The notes under the pieces were generated by a model, which ran no database searches, was not told where the DNA came from, and saw nothing but the letters and a program-made list of their open reading frames with translations. Made by a program: the position numbers and the translations under genes. Below are positions 1 through 7,747 of a DNA stretch of 37,707 nt, piece after piece; within the stretch, counting starts at the first letter, position 1, and each line of letters opens with the position of its first letter. This DNA comes from a virus. The stretch lies in IMG/VR virus record IMGVR_UViG_3300045988_025481, positions 1-37,707 of that record; one strand, given 5' to 3'.

Positions 1-25
1 GTAAAGAACTTTTAAAGAAAACAGA

Positions 26-208
26 CTATTTTTTTTCAGTTTGCAAATCTTTTCTGATTAATTCTTTGATATACCCCATTTTAGAATCAACTTCATCTAA
101 TTTCTTTATAATGTCTGTGTCTGTATTGTAGTTCAAGCGAACACAAATTGTCTTTGTGTTCGCCTTGATGTACTTTTCATTAGCTTTTAATTTTGCTTCT
201 GAAGCCAT
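26..208 (-). CDS. small ribbon-helix-helix (Arc/CopG-like) DNA-binding protein, tentative
   Basis: Within ORF 26..229. The best start is ATG 208, preceded by TAGGAGGAA plus 5 nt (MASEAKLKANEKYIK...). A basic N-terminal strand followed by helices resembles RHH proteins. Last gene of the small post-lysis operon. Confidence 0.45.
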   Translation of the reverse strand: MASEAKLKANEKYIKANTKTICVRLNYNTDTDIIKKLDEVDSKMGYIKELIRKDLQTEKK

Positions 209-219
209 TAACATTCCTC

Positions 220-513
220 CTAATACCATTCATCATCATCGTCAAATTCATTTGTAAATTCAAATGTATGTCCATTATCTTCAAATGTTGCATATTCATA
301 CTGCCCAACATATAGCTTATCAAGCTTCAAATTTCGTACAAATCTAAGCTCACAACTATTTCGATACGTGTCAACTAATTCAGAAATATTGAATATTTCA
401 TATCCACAATCAATAGCTTTTTGTTCATCTTCCATGTCCTCAATTATATAAATTTTATGACATCCATCATATGCAAATTTATTTCCAACTACTTCTACAT
501 TATTAATTTTCAT
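220..513 (-). CDS. hypothetical protein with an acidic C-terminus (DDDDEWY)
   Basis: 97-aa ORF with RBS TAAGGAGGG 7 nt upstream of the ATG. No family recognised. Confidence 0.5.
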   Translation of the reverse strand: MKINNVEVVGNKFAYDGCHKIYIIEDMEDEQKAIDCGYEIFNISELVDTYRNSCELRFVRNLKLDKLYVGQYEYATFEDNGHTFEFTNEFDDDDEWY

Positions 514-534
514 TTCTTGCGCCCTCCTTATATA

Positions 535-624
535 TTACTTAACAAACCATACAATCAATATTGCAATTAATAATACAATAATAATTGCGTCTAAAATCAT
601 TTTAATTTTTTCTAGCTTTTCCAT
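535..624 (-). CDS. 29-aa hydrophobic single-TM peptide (MEKLEKIKMILDAIIIVLLIAILIVWFVK)
   Basis: Hand-translated; too short for the ORF track. AAAGGAGG lies 8 nt upstream of the ATG. Confidence 0.4.
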   Translation of the reverse strand: MEKLEKIKMILDAIIIVLLIAILIVWFVK

Positions 625-670
625 TTATTGTTCCTCCTTTTATGTGGTACAATCTAAGTGAGCTAGGGAA

Positions 671-790
671 TCAATTCCCTAAGCTCTTGATAAATGTTAT
701 TAATGCAACGATAAGCTCAATAACATCTTTAGCAATCTCTAGGTAGAATTTCACGTTGTCTACTTTGCGATTGCTTTTTTTGTGTGCCAT
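671..790 (-). CDS. 39-aa small protein (MAHKKSNRKVDNVKFYLEIAKDVIELIVALITFIKSLGN)
   Basis: Hand-translated. GAAAGGAG lies 8 nt upstream of the ATG. Followed by a TAGGGAA/TTCCCTA hairpin. Confidence 0.35.
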   Translation of the reverse strand: MAHKKSNRKVDNVKFYLEIAKDVIELIVALITFIKSLGN

Positions 791-838
791 ATTTAAACTC
801 CTTTCTTTTAATTCCTTGCCTTATCTGACCACATATAT

Positions 839-867
839 AGTATAACATACATGTATATACATGTAAA
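839..867 (-). promoter_or_regulatory. sigma70-like promoter (TTTACA-N17-TATACT) overlapped by an 18-bp perfect palindrome (848..865)
   Basis: On the minus strand, TTTACA is at 867..862 and TATACT at 844..839. TACATGTATATACATGTA fills the spacer and is a likely operator. Confidence 0.4.
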
Positions 868-880
868 GAACTTTTTTAGG

Positions 881-911
881 AAAATAAAAAAAAGCCCTGA
901 TAAACAGAGCT
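881..911 (-). terminator. rho-independent terminator downstream of the endolysin
   Basis: Minus strand reads AGCTCTG-TTTAT-CAGGGCT (one mismatch) followed by T8. Confidence 0.6.
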
Positions 912-987
912 TCCATAGATTAACATCAAAATGAATATTAACCTCAAACCTATTCAATTATAACATACATACACATAGGCTTTAATA

Positions 988-2730
988 TTATTTAAATAGT
1001 TTCGAAACCTTTTTTAATATTTTTAAAATCAAAGCGATAATACGATTGATTCCATTTACATTAATTTTATCATTTGAATCGCTTGTATCGTTTGAATCAT
1101 CTTTTTTAGGATTGCTCAACTCATCTAAATATTGTGATACTAATAATTTAAAATCATCCCAACCTTCATCAAGAATCTTGTGTGGGCAATATTTATAATT
1201 ACCACTTGTCATCTTGTAATCTTGGTGCTTTTTTAAGCAATCAATACTCAATCCATATTTATACAATAGCTCAGATGCAAGTCTTGCTCCATTCTCTCTA
1301 GCTTTTTTCCATTCATCTTGTGAATCGTTATCATTATCCTTGGCGATTTCGATTTGGATACCTGTTCTATTACCAAATCCATATGCTCCATCACCTGTTG
1401 CAAATGCATTACGATTCAATGGTAATGATTCGATGATGTCTTTATCATCCACCGAGAAATGCCAAGATTTATATTCCTTCGAATTGTGCAATGCATTATT
1501 TAAAGCTCTAGCAGTTCCATTTGGTGTTGCCGAGTTATGGATGATAATCGCTTGAGGTTTATTCATTAAATAAGGGCATTTGTAAGGATACAATCTCTTA
1601 TTAATTAAATCAACGATAATACCGTCATGTTCAAGAACTTCATCAGTTTTATCCTTTCCTTCGTAATCTCCTTCATTAACCGATGTAAATCCATTTGTAT
1701 TTACAATGGGTTTCGAAGGGGTTGTGGGTGTTTCGGTAGGTGTTGTCGTTGGCTTTGAGTCGTTCGGAGCAGTAAATGTTGCCCACATTTGCGTTCTATC
1801 CTCTGTTGCAGATACGGCAACGAATACTTTTTTATCTCCGTCTTTGCCTACTACATATCTGTGCCCATTTCCTACATACTTCCAATAATAGCGAATTGAA
1901 TCACCAGTGTTGTATGTTTTGCAAACATCACCTTTTGGCGAATCGTAACGTGCTCTCACACCGTCTACCGTGAATGTAGCGATACCATCTTCTTGTGTTA
2001 GGGTAATTGATTCGGTAGGTTTTTGTTCTTCAATAGAAGTAAATGTTGCCCACGGTTCTGTACCTTGCTCATTTCCATTCACTGCCACGAAATAACGATA
2101 GCTTGCACCATCTGCTTGATGTTCAACCCATGAAATATATCTGTGCCCATTTCCTACATATTTTTGCGTGTATTCTAGCTTTGCCCCTTTTTTCAATGTT
2201 TCTGCTACGATTCCATTTGGTGTATCTCTTCTTTTCTGAATGTCATACATTAATGTAGCATAAGCGTGTTCATCTATTAATTTAGATTCTATATAATCGC
2301 TATTTTGAGTTTGATTTACTAAACATTTAGGTCTAAAGCCTGTATCATATGTGGCACTGTATGGAAATTTACATAAATTAAATGCTCCTCCTGCACCACC
2401 TTGATTTTGTCCTAAGAACCAACCATATTTTCCATCAATATCAGAATCAAAAATTGCAATATGCGAATATGGTGTAACTCCTGGCACTACTTTGAACACG
2501 ACAATATCACCGGGTTGATATACAGATACTTCAACACTGTTTTCCAAGATTCCATTTGTCTTTCTGTATAGCCAAATGTCTTTAGCGTATTTACTGACTG
2601 TACAACTAATTCTTGGGTATCCTAGTTTCTCATACCAATACATTGCACCATCCCAACATTGAGGGCCGTAAGCTCCATCAATGTCAATTCTTTTGCCTAA
2701 TACATCGTTTTTAAAACTTTGATAATCTAT
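988..2730 (-). CDS. endolysin: CHAP peptidase, two SH3b-like repeats, Thr/Pro linker, Amidase_2 (N-acetylmuramoyl-L-alanine amidase), cationic amphipathic C-terminal helix
   Basis: ORF 988..2643 extended in frame to ATA 2730..2728 (GGAGG plus 9 nt). The CHAP catalytic motif GAYGPQCWD lies upstream of the first ATG, and the CHAP His is in YSHIAIF. Repeats carry KYVGNGHRY...WATFT twice. Amidase_2 motifs are IIIHNSAT...WHFSVDD...GIQIEIA...YCPHK. Confidence 0.85.
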   Translation of the reverse strand: MDYQSFKNDVLGKRIDIDGAYGPQCWDGAMYWYEKLGYPRISCTVSKYAKDIWLYRKTNGILENSVEVSVYQPGDIVVFKVVPGVTPYSHIAIFDSDIDGKYGWFLGQNQGGAGGAFNLCKFPYSATYDTGFRPKCLVNQTQNSDYIESKLIDEHAYATLMYDIQKRRDTPNGIVAETLKKGAKLEYTQKYVGNGHRYISWVEHQADGASYRYFVAVNGNEQGTEPWATFTSIEEQKPTESITLTQEDGIATFTVDGVRARYDSPKGDVCKTYNTGDSIRYYWKYVGNGHRYVVGKDGDKKVFVAVSATEDRTQMWATFTAPNDSKPTTTPTETPTTPSKPIVNTNGFTSVNEGDYEGKDKTDEVLEHDGIIVDLINKRLYPYKCPYLMNKPQAIIIHNSATPNGTARALNNALHNSKEYKSWHFSVDDKDIIESLPLNRNAFATGDGAYGFGNRTGIQIEIAKDNDNDSQDEWKKARENGARLASELLYKYGLSIDCLKKHQDYKMTSGNYKYCPHKILDEGWDDFKLLVSQYLDELSNPKKDDSNDTSDSNDKINVNGINRIIALILKILKKVSKLFK

Positions 2731-2777
2731 TAAAAAAAACCTCCTTTATATGCCAATTATAGCACATAAAAGAGGTT
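2730..2777 (-). terminator. 16-bp stem terminator hairpin plus T8; its 3' arm contains the endolysin SD and its loop contains TGCTATAAT
   Basis: Minus strand reads AACCTCTTTTATGTGC-TATAATTG-GCATATAAAGGAGGTT-TTTTTTTA. It starts 6 nt after the stop of gene 2783..3220. Confidence 0.6.
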
Positions 2778-2782
2778 TTTTA

Positions 2783-3220
2783 TCACTGATATACAGAGAA
2801 CATTTCTCTTAATTTATCTCTTACCATTTCTCTTTCTTCTTGAAAGTCGCTAGACGTTTTCATTTCTTCTAAGATTCCATACATAGCACTTAAAAAGGCT
2901 TCTAACTCACGAATTGAATTTTGTTTATCTAGTTCATTGTTGCCTTTTCGATATTCTTTTTTAGCTTCTATGTATTTCCTAAAATGAGAATTCATTAATG
3001 CGATATTATCATCAATTTCCGTTCCTTCAATATTTGTATCATTTGTTTTTAATGCGTTTATAGCAGTTCTTCCATCACTCATAGCTAGTATTGTATCAAT
3101 GTCTTTGATATTGTCTAAAGCTTGGCTCATGACTTTAAAATCTAAATCATTGTATCCTCTTTCTAATCCTCTCATCGCTTCCGTTAAGAGGTCTAGATTT
3201 CTTTTTCTAACCTCTTGCAT
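2783..3220 (-). CDS. hypothetical helical protein
   Basis: 145-aa ORF; TAGGTG lies 5 nt upstream of the ATG. Confidence 0.55.
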   Translation of the reverse strand: MQEVRKRNLDLLTEAMRGLERGYNDLDFKVMSQALDNIKDIDTILAMSDGRTAINALKTNDTNIEGTEIDDNIALMNSHFRKYIEAKKEYRKGNNELDKQNSIRELEAFLSAMYGILEEMKTSSDFQEEREMVRDKLREMFSVYQ

Positions 3221-3227
3221 GATACAC

Positions 3228-3647
3228 CTACGCTAACTTCTTAATGATGATATTTGCATTTTGAACAGATAAATCTAAGCCACTATTATTACCTAGCGTA
3301 ATTGTGTAAGACGCACCACAAGGTACTTGAATCAATGTAACTCCACTTACATTTCCATATGCGCTTGCAGTAGCTACATTATATAGAGATTCTGTTCCTC
3401 CTACTGCTTCTCCATTCTGTTCTAATTCTAAAGAAGCAACTCCTACCGTTGTGCTTGTGATGTCTGCCGTATATTCTACTTCATAGATTCCTTGTTTCGT
3501 TAATGTAAACAGCCCACTTCCTACATCATGAGCGAGCCAACCTTTACATGCACATTGGCATGATTTTGTTCTTACTCTGTCTGTTGGGAATAATACATTT
3601 TGTCCATTTGCTACTGTCTGAATTGCCGTTGCTATACTATTAATCAT
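3228..3647 (-). CDS. hypothetical beta-rich protein, possibly a BclA-C-terminal/C1q-like jelly roll (weak)
   Basis: 139-aa ORF with TAGGAGGAAAAGAAA upstream of the ATG. The alternating beta-strand pattern and CQCAC motif resemble that fold from memory only. Confidence 0.5.
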   Translation of the reverse strand: MINSIATAIQTVANGQNVLFPTDRVRTKSCQCACKGWLAHDVGSGLFTLTKQGIYEVEYTADITSTTVGVASLELEQNGEAVGGTESLYNVATASAYGNVSGVTLIQVPCGASYTITLGNNSGLDLSVQNANIIIKKLA

Positions 3648-3660
3648 TTTCTTTTCCTCC

Positions 3661-3694
3661 TATATAAAATAAATGGGTAGCCTTTCGACTACCC
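3661..3694 (-). terminator. terminator-like hairpin
   Basis: Minus strand reads GGGTAG-TCGAAAGG-CTACCC followed by ATTTATTTTAT. Confidence 0.4.
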
Positions 3695-3729
3695 TATAAT
3701 CCAAAGGCTATTGCCTAATCTCTTTCGAG

Positions 3730-4341
3730 CTAGATTTGGTTACATCCACAACCTGTCATATTATACGCATAATAAGGTGAGCAAGTAAGATATGCAGGTT
3801 TTGGCGTTGGTTGCAATGTATTGATAATATTTGCAGATTGTGCCTGTTGGCTCAATTGGAAGTTTGCAGTTAATAAATCTCTGTCTCTATCTGCTAATTT
3901 ATCACGCAATTCTTGCATTGTGTTAGCATTGATTAATGCTCTTGTTGCTTCGCCTTCTGAGTGAATTGCAGTGGTAATATCACACGTGTTTTTAAAACTT
4001 TGTGCGTTTACACCATCAATCGCTCTTTGTGTTGCACAACAACATTCTTGGTTTTGTTGACCTAGATTCTGCAAACCTAATTGTGTCGTGTATCGGCTTT
4101 CTAGAATGTCTCTTGAATTTTGGAAACCTTGGCTAGATACATTTTGATTTGTATTGAACAAATCACGCTTAATAAATTCTTGATTCATTAATTCGTCATT
4201 CTGTAGGTTGCCATTGTTACCCCAATTTCCACCAAATAGTAAAAATAACAGGATAATCCAAATCCAATATCCTCCACCAAATTCATTGTTGTTTCTGTCT
4301 GCTAAATCGTACATTGGTTGAATACCATTCATGCTTTCCAT
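3730..4341 (-). CDS. membrane-anchored Q/N- and Cys-rich protein, function unknown
   Basis: 203-aa ORF with a strong RBS (AAAGGAGGAAATATAA-ATG). One TM segment (YWIWIILLFLLFGG). Cys clusters ECCCA and CGCNQI. Confidence 0.6.
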   Translation of the reverse strand: MESMNGIQPMYDLADRNNNEFGGGYWIWIILLFLLFGGNWGNNGNLQNDELMNQEFIKRDLFNTNQNVSSQGFQNSRDILESRYTTQLGLQNLGQQNQECCCATQRAIDGVNAQSFKNTCDITTAIHSEGEATRALINANTMQELRDKLADRDRDLLTANFQLSQQAQSANIINTLQPTPKPAYLTCSPYYAYNMTGCGCNQI

Positions 4342-4365
4342 TTATATTTCCTCCTTTCAACGCAA

Positions 4366-4575
4366 TTAGCGTTTTAGCCCATATTGACTAGCCACATTTT
4401 CAAATTGTTGTTTTTGTTGTGGCGTTAAATTCCCCATCATATTATTCAATAATACTTTGGGATTCTGTCCACTTTGCATTAATTGTTGTACTTGATTAAA
4501 TGCTTGTGGATTTCTTTGTTGTAACATACCCAACAACATTTGTTGAGGGTTCATCATATTCATTAAAGGATTCAC
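4366..4575 (-). CDS. Q/M/N-rich small protein
   Basis: 69-aa ORF with a GTG start after AAGGAGC plus 7 nt. GTGA overlaps the upstream stop. Confidence 0.5.
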   Translation of the reverse strand: MNPLMNMMNPQQMLLGMLQQRNPQAFNQVQQLMQSGQNPKVLLNNMMGNLTPQQKQQFENVASQYGLKR

Positions 4576-5006
4576 GCTTTAAGCTCCTTCCTAGGCGTTT
4601 CTTTATCTACCTTTGTATTTATATTACTTCCGTTTGTTAGACCTAATATCATAGCTTCTAGCTTGTCTAAGCGTTGTTCTATGTTGTCTTTCTTCGGCTC
4701 TGTTTCTTCTTGGAATCTGTATTTCTTGAAACTGCCGTCTAAAGACTTCATGTAGAATACTGAATCATTTCTATCTAGCATAATACTAGGCAGACCGTTC
4801 ACCATCATATTCCTTGCTTCTTGTTCATTATTAACCCACTTACCATTAAAATCATTCAATGCCATGTTAGGTGTGATTTGGTTATTGATGTTAATAGGTG
4901 GAATATTCGCCATCTGTTGAATCGTCTGTAACTGTGATTCAATCATTTGCTTTTGATTCATTAAATTGTTAATTCTGTCATTAATTGGATTATACATTTC
5001 GCTCAC
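4572..5006 (-). CDS. hypothetical protein; first gene of the cassette
   Basis: 144-aa ORF. Start is GTG 5006 or ATG 4997, with AGAGGTG/GGAG upstream. Confidence 0.55.
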   Translation of the reverse strand: MSEMYNPINDRINNLMNQKQMIESQLQTIQQMANIPPININNQITPNMALNDFNGKWVNNEQEARNMMVNGLPSIMLDRNDSVFYMKSLDGSFKKYRFQEETEPKKDNIEQRLDKLEAMILGLTNGSNINTKVDKETPRKELKA

Positions 5007-5073
5007 CTCTTTACACTCCTAATTATATTCATAGGCAGTTTCAGTTTGTTTTCACATTAATGTCAAGTAAATG

Positions 5074-5101
5074 CCAAAAAAAAGAGGTTTTTCAACCTCT
5101 T
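5074..5101 (-). terminator. rho-independent terminator (bidirectional shape)
   Basis: Minus strand reads AAGAGGTT-GAAA-AACCTCTT followed by T8. It overlaps the stop of gene 5100..5384. Confidence 0.7.
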
Positions 5102-5384
5102 AATTCTTGTCTAGATACGTTTCTTTTTCACTGCTTTTTCTTGGTGGTAAAACTGCGCTATACTTTTCTACTTCATCATACTTGTTCTTTATTCTTTTGA
5201 TGATTCTATTCACACTAGAAACACTCATATTTAATCTGTCGGCTTGTTCTCTGACTGTCCATCCGTATATTCTTGTTCTTAGAATCATTTCTTCATCTTT
5301 AGTTAATAAAGCTAGATTAATAAATTCTTCAAGAATAATCTTATTCCAAGGTACTTGATTCGTCATTGTCTTGTTCTTCGTCAA
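5100..5384 (-). CDS. sigma-70 region-4-like HTH regulator
   Basis: 94-aa ORF. EEMILRTRIYGWTVREQADRLNMSVSSVNRIIKRIKNKY resembles a region-4 HTH. It overlaps the holin 3' end by 44 nt. Confidence 0.5.
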   Translation of the reverse strand: MTKNKTMTNQVPWNKIILEEFINLALLTKDEEMILRTRIYGWTVREQADRLNMSVSSVNRIIKRIKNKYDEVEKYSAVLPPRKSSEKETYLDKN

Positions 5385-5856
5385 TAAGTTTATCTGCTAC
5401 TTCTAATCCTTTAGTTAATACTTTTGGTACATTGTAACCACATTGTAATAAATTCTCCATAACGCTACGAGATTCATTAATACATAGCGAAGCTAACACA
5501 AACCAACCTAGCAATGTAGACACATGGAAATCAATCCCTAGAATTTCTCCTACTTCTACTAAAAATGCACTGAATGTGAACGCAACCACAATCATAATCC
5601 AATAGCCTAGCTTTTTTAAAACACCGGTCCAACCTTTGTTGCTATTGATTTTATGAGCAATAGCCGACTTCATGCACCCTGTAATATAATCCACTACATT
5701 CATAAATAAGAAGAACGCAAATAAATACCAATGCTCGCCTAATACGTATGTTAATACGGCTACGGCAACACCACACATTGCATTAATCTTATCTAGAAAA
5801 AACATACTTCTTGCTATTTGCTTAAATCCTCCATTTTTATTTTCTATTAAATTCAC
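5341..5856 (-). CDS. holin (TcdE/phage_holin_4-type, toxin secretion/phage lysis family)
   Basis: Multi-TM ORF with DYITG...KK...INESRSVMEN motifs typical of that family. GTG 5856 sits inside the SD; ATA 5847 lies 8 nt after GGAG and is the better-placed start. Confidence 0.75.
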   Translation of the reverse strand: MNLIENKNGGFKQIARSMFFLDKINAMCGVAVAVLTYVLGEHWYLFAFFLFMNVVDYITGCMKSAIAHKINSNKGWTGVLKKLGYWIMIVVAFTFSAFLVEVGEILGIDFHVSTLLGWFVLASLCINESRSVMENLLQCGYNVPKVLTKGLEVADKLIDEEQDNDESSTLE

Positions 5857-5859
5857 TCC

Positions 5860-6873
5860 TTACATGATTTTTAAATTATCAACCTCTAATTCTAAGGTTC
5901 TATATCCACTCTTAATAACTTCAAATATATTTCTAATTCTTGCAGTTATTACTAGTCCAATTTCTGCTACTATAACATCAACTTTATCACCTAAATCATA
6001 GTCCACCTTATACTCGTATGAATCCGTATTTAAATTAAAATTCACATTCTCTTTAATTTGATAATCTGCTAGTTTTTCAATTCCTTTTTGAATTAACACC
6101 TTCTTATATTCATCAAGTGTTGTACCTTCTCCCATACGCTCAGAACGTGCGTCTACATACAATTTCTTGATTCTTTCATTCTTATCTTTTCTAGCGTCAT
6201 ATTCAACGTAAATACGCTCTTCGCCTTGCCCCTCTCCACAAATGATTGCATAGTTCTTGTATTTACTAGAATCAATCATAACGTCCGGTTCTTCAACATT
6301 TCTGAATTCTGTTGAAAAGGTAACAAAATTGTTTCCGTCTGTATTGTTTTGAGTCAAATCACGTCCTCGATACAATACAAATGTGAACGTACTTGATACA
6401 TAGTCATATTCTATGCGAAAAGACAATTCTAACGGATATAACATCTCATAAAGCTTCTTATCAAGGCTTGCTCCTGTTTCTTGTAAGTCTACGGTATCTG
6501 TAATGGATTCATCATATCTATACCCCATTTCCCATGAACAATACCTATCTAATAATTTCTTTACGACATCAACAATATTTCCACTGCTTGAGAATGTAGG
6601 ATAAATACAATCATCTGCTAGAATCTTTTCAAAGAAAGAACCTCTAAGCAACATTTGTTTAGTGTTGTTTGAAACCGAATAATGCGGTATTTCTACAATC
6701 CCTAACTCTTTATCCTCAGTAGAATAGATATATTGGATGTCGCTTGAATACTGCCCTATATCAATATAAATCTCGAAATCTCCTGTTTCATAATATCTCC
6801 GATTCCACTGCACGTTATAAGGTGCTAGATGAGTTACGATATTGAAATCTTTATCTAATCCAAAGTAAGACAT
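5860..6873 (-). CDS. tail tip/baseplate protein (siphovirus Gp37-like family)
   Basis: 337-aa ORF directly after Dit. The N-terminus (W.RRYYETGDFEIYID) resembles ReqiPepy6 Gp37-like proteins. Confidence 0.55.
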   Translation of the reverse strand: MSYFGLDKDFNIVTHLAPYNVQWNRRYYETGDFEIYIDIGQYSSDIQYIYSTEDKELGIVEIPHYSVSNNTKQMLLRGSFFEKILADDCIYPTFSSSGNIVDVVKKLLDRYCSWEMGYRYDESITDTVDLQETGASLDKKLYEMLYPLELSFRIEYDYVSSTFTFVLYRGRDLTQNNTDGNNFVTFSTEFRNVEEPDVMIDSSKYKNYAIICGEGQGEERIYVEYDARKDKNERIKKLYVDARSERMGEGTTLDEYKKVLIQKGIEKLADYQIKENVNFNLNTDSYEYKVDYDLGDKVDVIVAEIGLVITARIRNIFEVIKSGYRTLELEVDNLKIM

Positions 6874-6874
6874 A

Positions 6875-7747
6875 CTATATACCTAAATACCTTTCGTTGT
6901 AGTAAACAGTGCAAGCTAGGTTCGTATCTCCATTATCTGCCGTATATCCTATGATATTCTCACCTAAATTAATAGTCATATCATTGAATGATGAAGTTCT
7001 ATCAACTTTGCCAATACAATTCACGCCATTCTTCTTTATTGAAATAGGTTCAGAAACTAAATCGATTTCTAATACATCACCATTGTGTAACGTATCTAAT
7101 ACACGAATATATTTATCTTTATTGAATAGTTTCGGATTTGTCACATCTCCAAATGCTTCAATGACGGCCCTGCAATATGTTTCTGTATCACCTTGATTAT
7201 CAATATAAATTTCTCTAGCGAATGTGAATGTTCCAAAGTTTACGCCTGTTTCCGGTATTTCGAAATTAAATGCTAAACCACCGCCGATTTCTGCAATATT
7301 CTTTGCAAAATCATCAAATGAAAGTAATAAAGGTTGCGTGCATAGAATCGTAAAATTAAGCTCTAAATCTTTGTAGATGTTAACAGTAGGCAAGCTATAC
7401 GCATATAAACGACCTCTGCAATACTTCTTTTCTCCCATGTACTCAACTATCACATCAAATACATGAGAATATTGGAAGAAGCGCCGTAGCTTCTCCCTTT
7501 CTTCTCTTTTTTCTTCTAGTGAACCTTTAAAGATAGCTTTCACGCTTCTTTCTTTCGTTGGAATACGTGAACCGATTAATCTAGCACCATTTCCAAATGC
7601 GTTGTCTTGCGTAGTGTATGAAGGTGCTACATAATCAAATCCATCTAAGCCATCATTTGAAGGAATCCTCCATCTTTTTTGGTTGTCAATTTCAAATTCT
7701 GTGCCATCATCCCTACGGACAATAACTCTTACTTTATTGATGTCTAT
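6875..7747 (-). CDS. distal tail protein (Dit)
   Basis: ORF 6875..7543 extends 68 codons upstream with no ATG/GTG/TTG, to ATA 7747..7745 (GGAGG plus 9 nt). The ATA overlaps the TMP stop as ATAG. Position directly after the TMP supports the call. Confidence 0.75.
   Translation of the reverse strand: MDINKVRVIVRRDDGTEFEIDNQKRWRIPSNDGLDGFDYVAPSYTTQDNAFGNGARLIGSRIPTKERSVKAIFKGSLEEKREEREKLRRFFQYSHVFDVIVEYMGEKKYCRGRLYAYSLPTVNIYKDLELNFTILCTQPLLLSFDDFAKNIAEIGGGLAFNFEIPETGVNFGTFTFAREIYIDNQGDTETYCRAVIEAFGDVTNPKLFNKDKYIRVLDTLHNGDVLEIDLVSEPISIKKNGVNCIGKVDRTSSFNDMTINLGENIIGYTADNGDTNLACTVYYNERYLGI

Noticed and set aside
1-875. A 13-bp direct repeat GTAAAGAACTTTT at 1..13 and 863..875, considered as a possible att core.
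   Set aside because: A 13-mer match is expected by chance several times in 37.7 kb of AT-rich DNA. Neither copy is next to the integrase, and apparent phage genes continue between them.
5023-5066. TTGACA and TATAAT upstream of the cassette, considered as a sigma70 promoter.
   Set aside because: The hexamers are 32 nt apart, far from the 16-18 nt optimum, so they cannot act as one sigma70 promoter. I left the cassette promoter unresolved.
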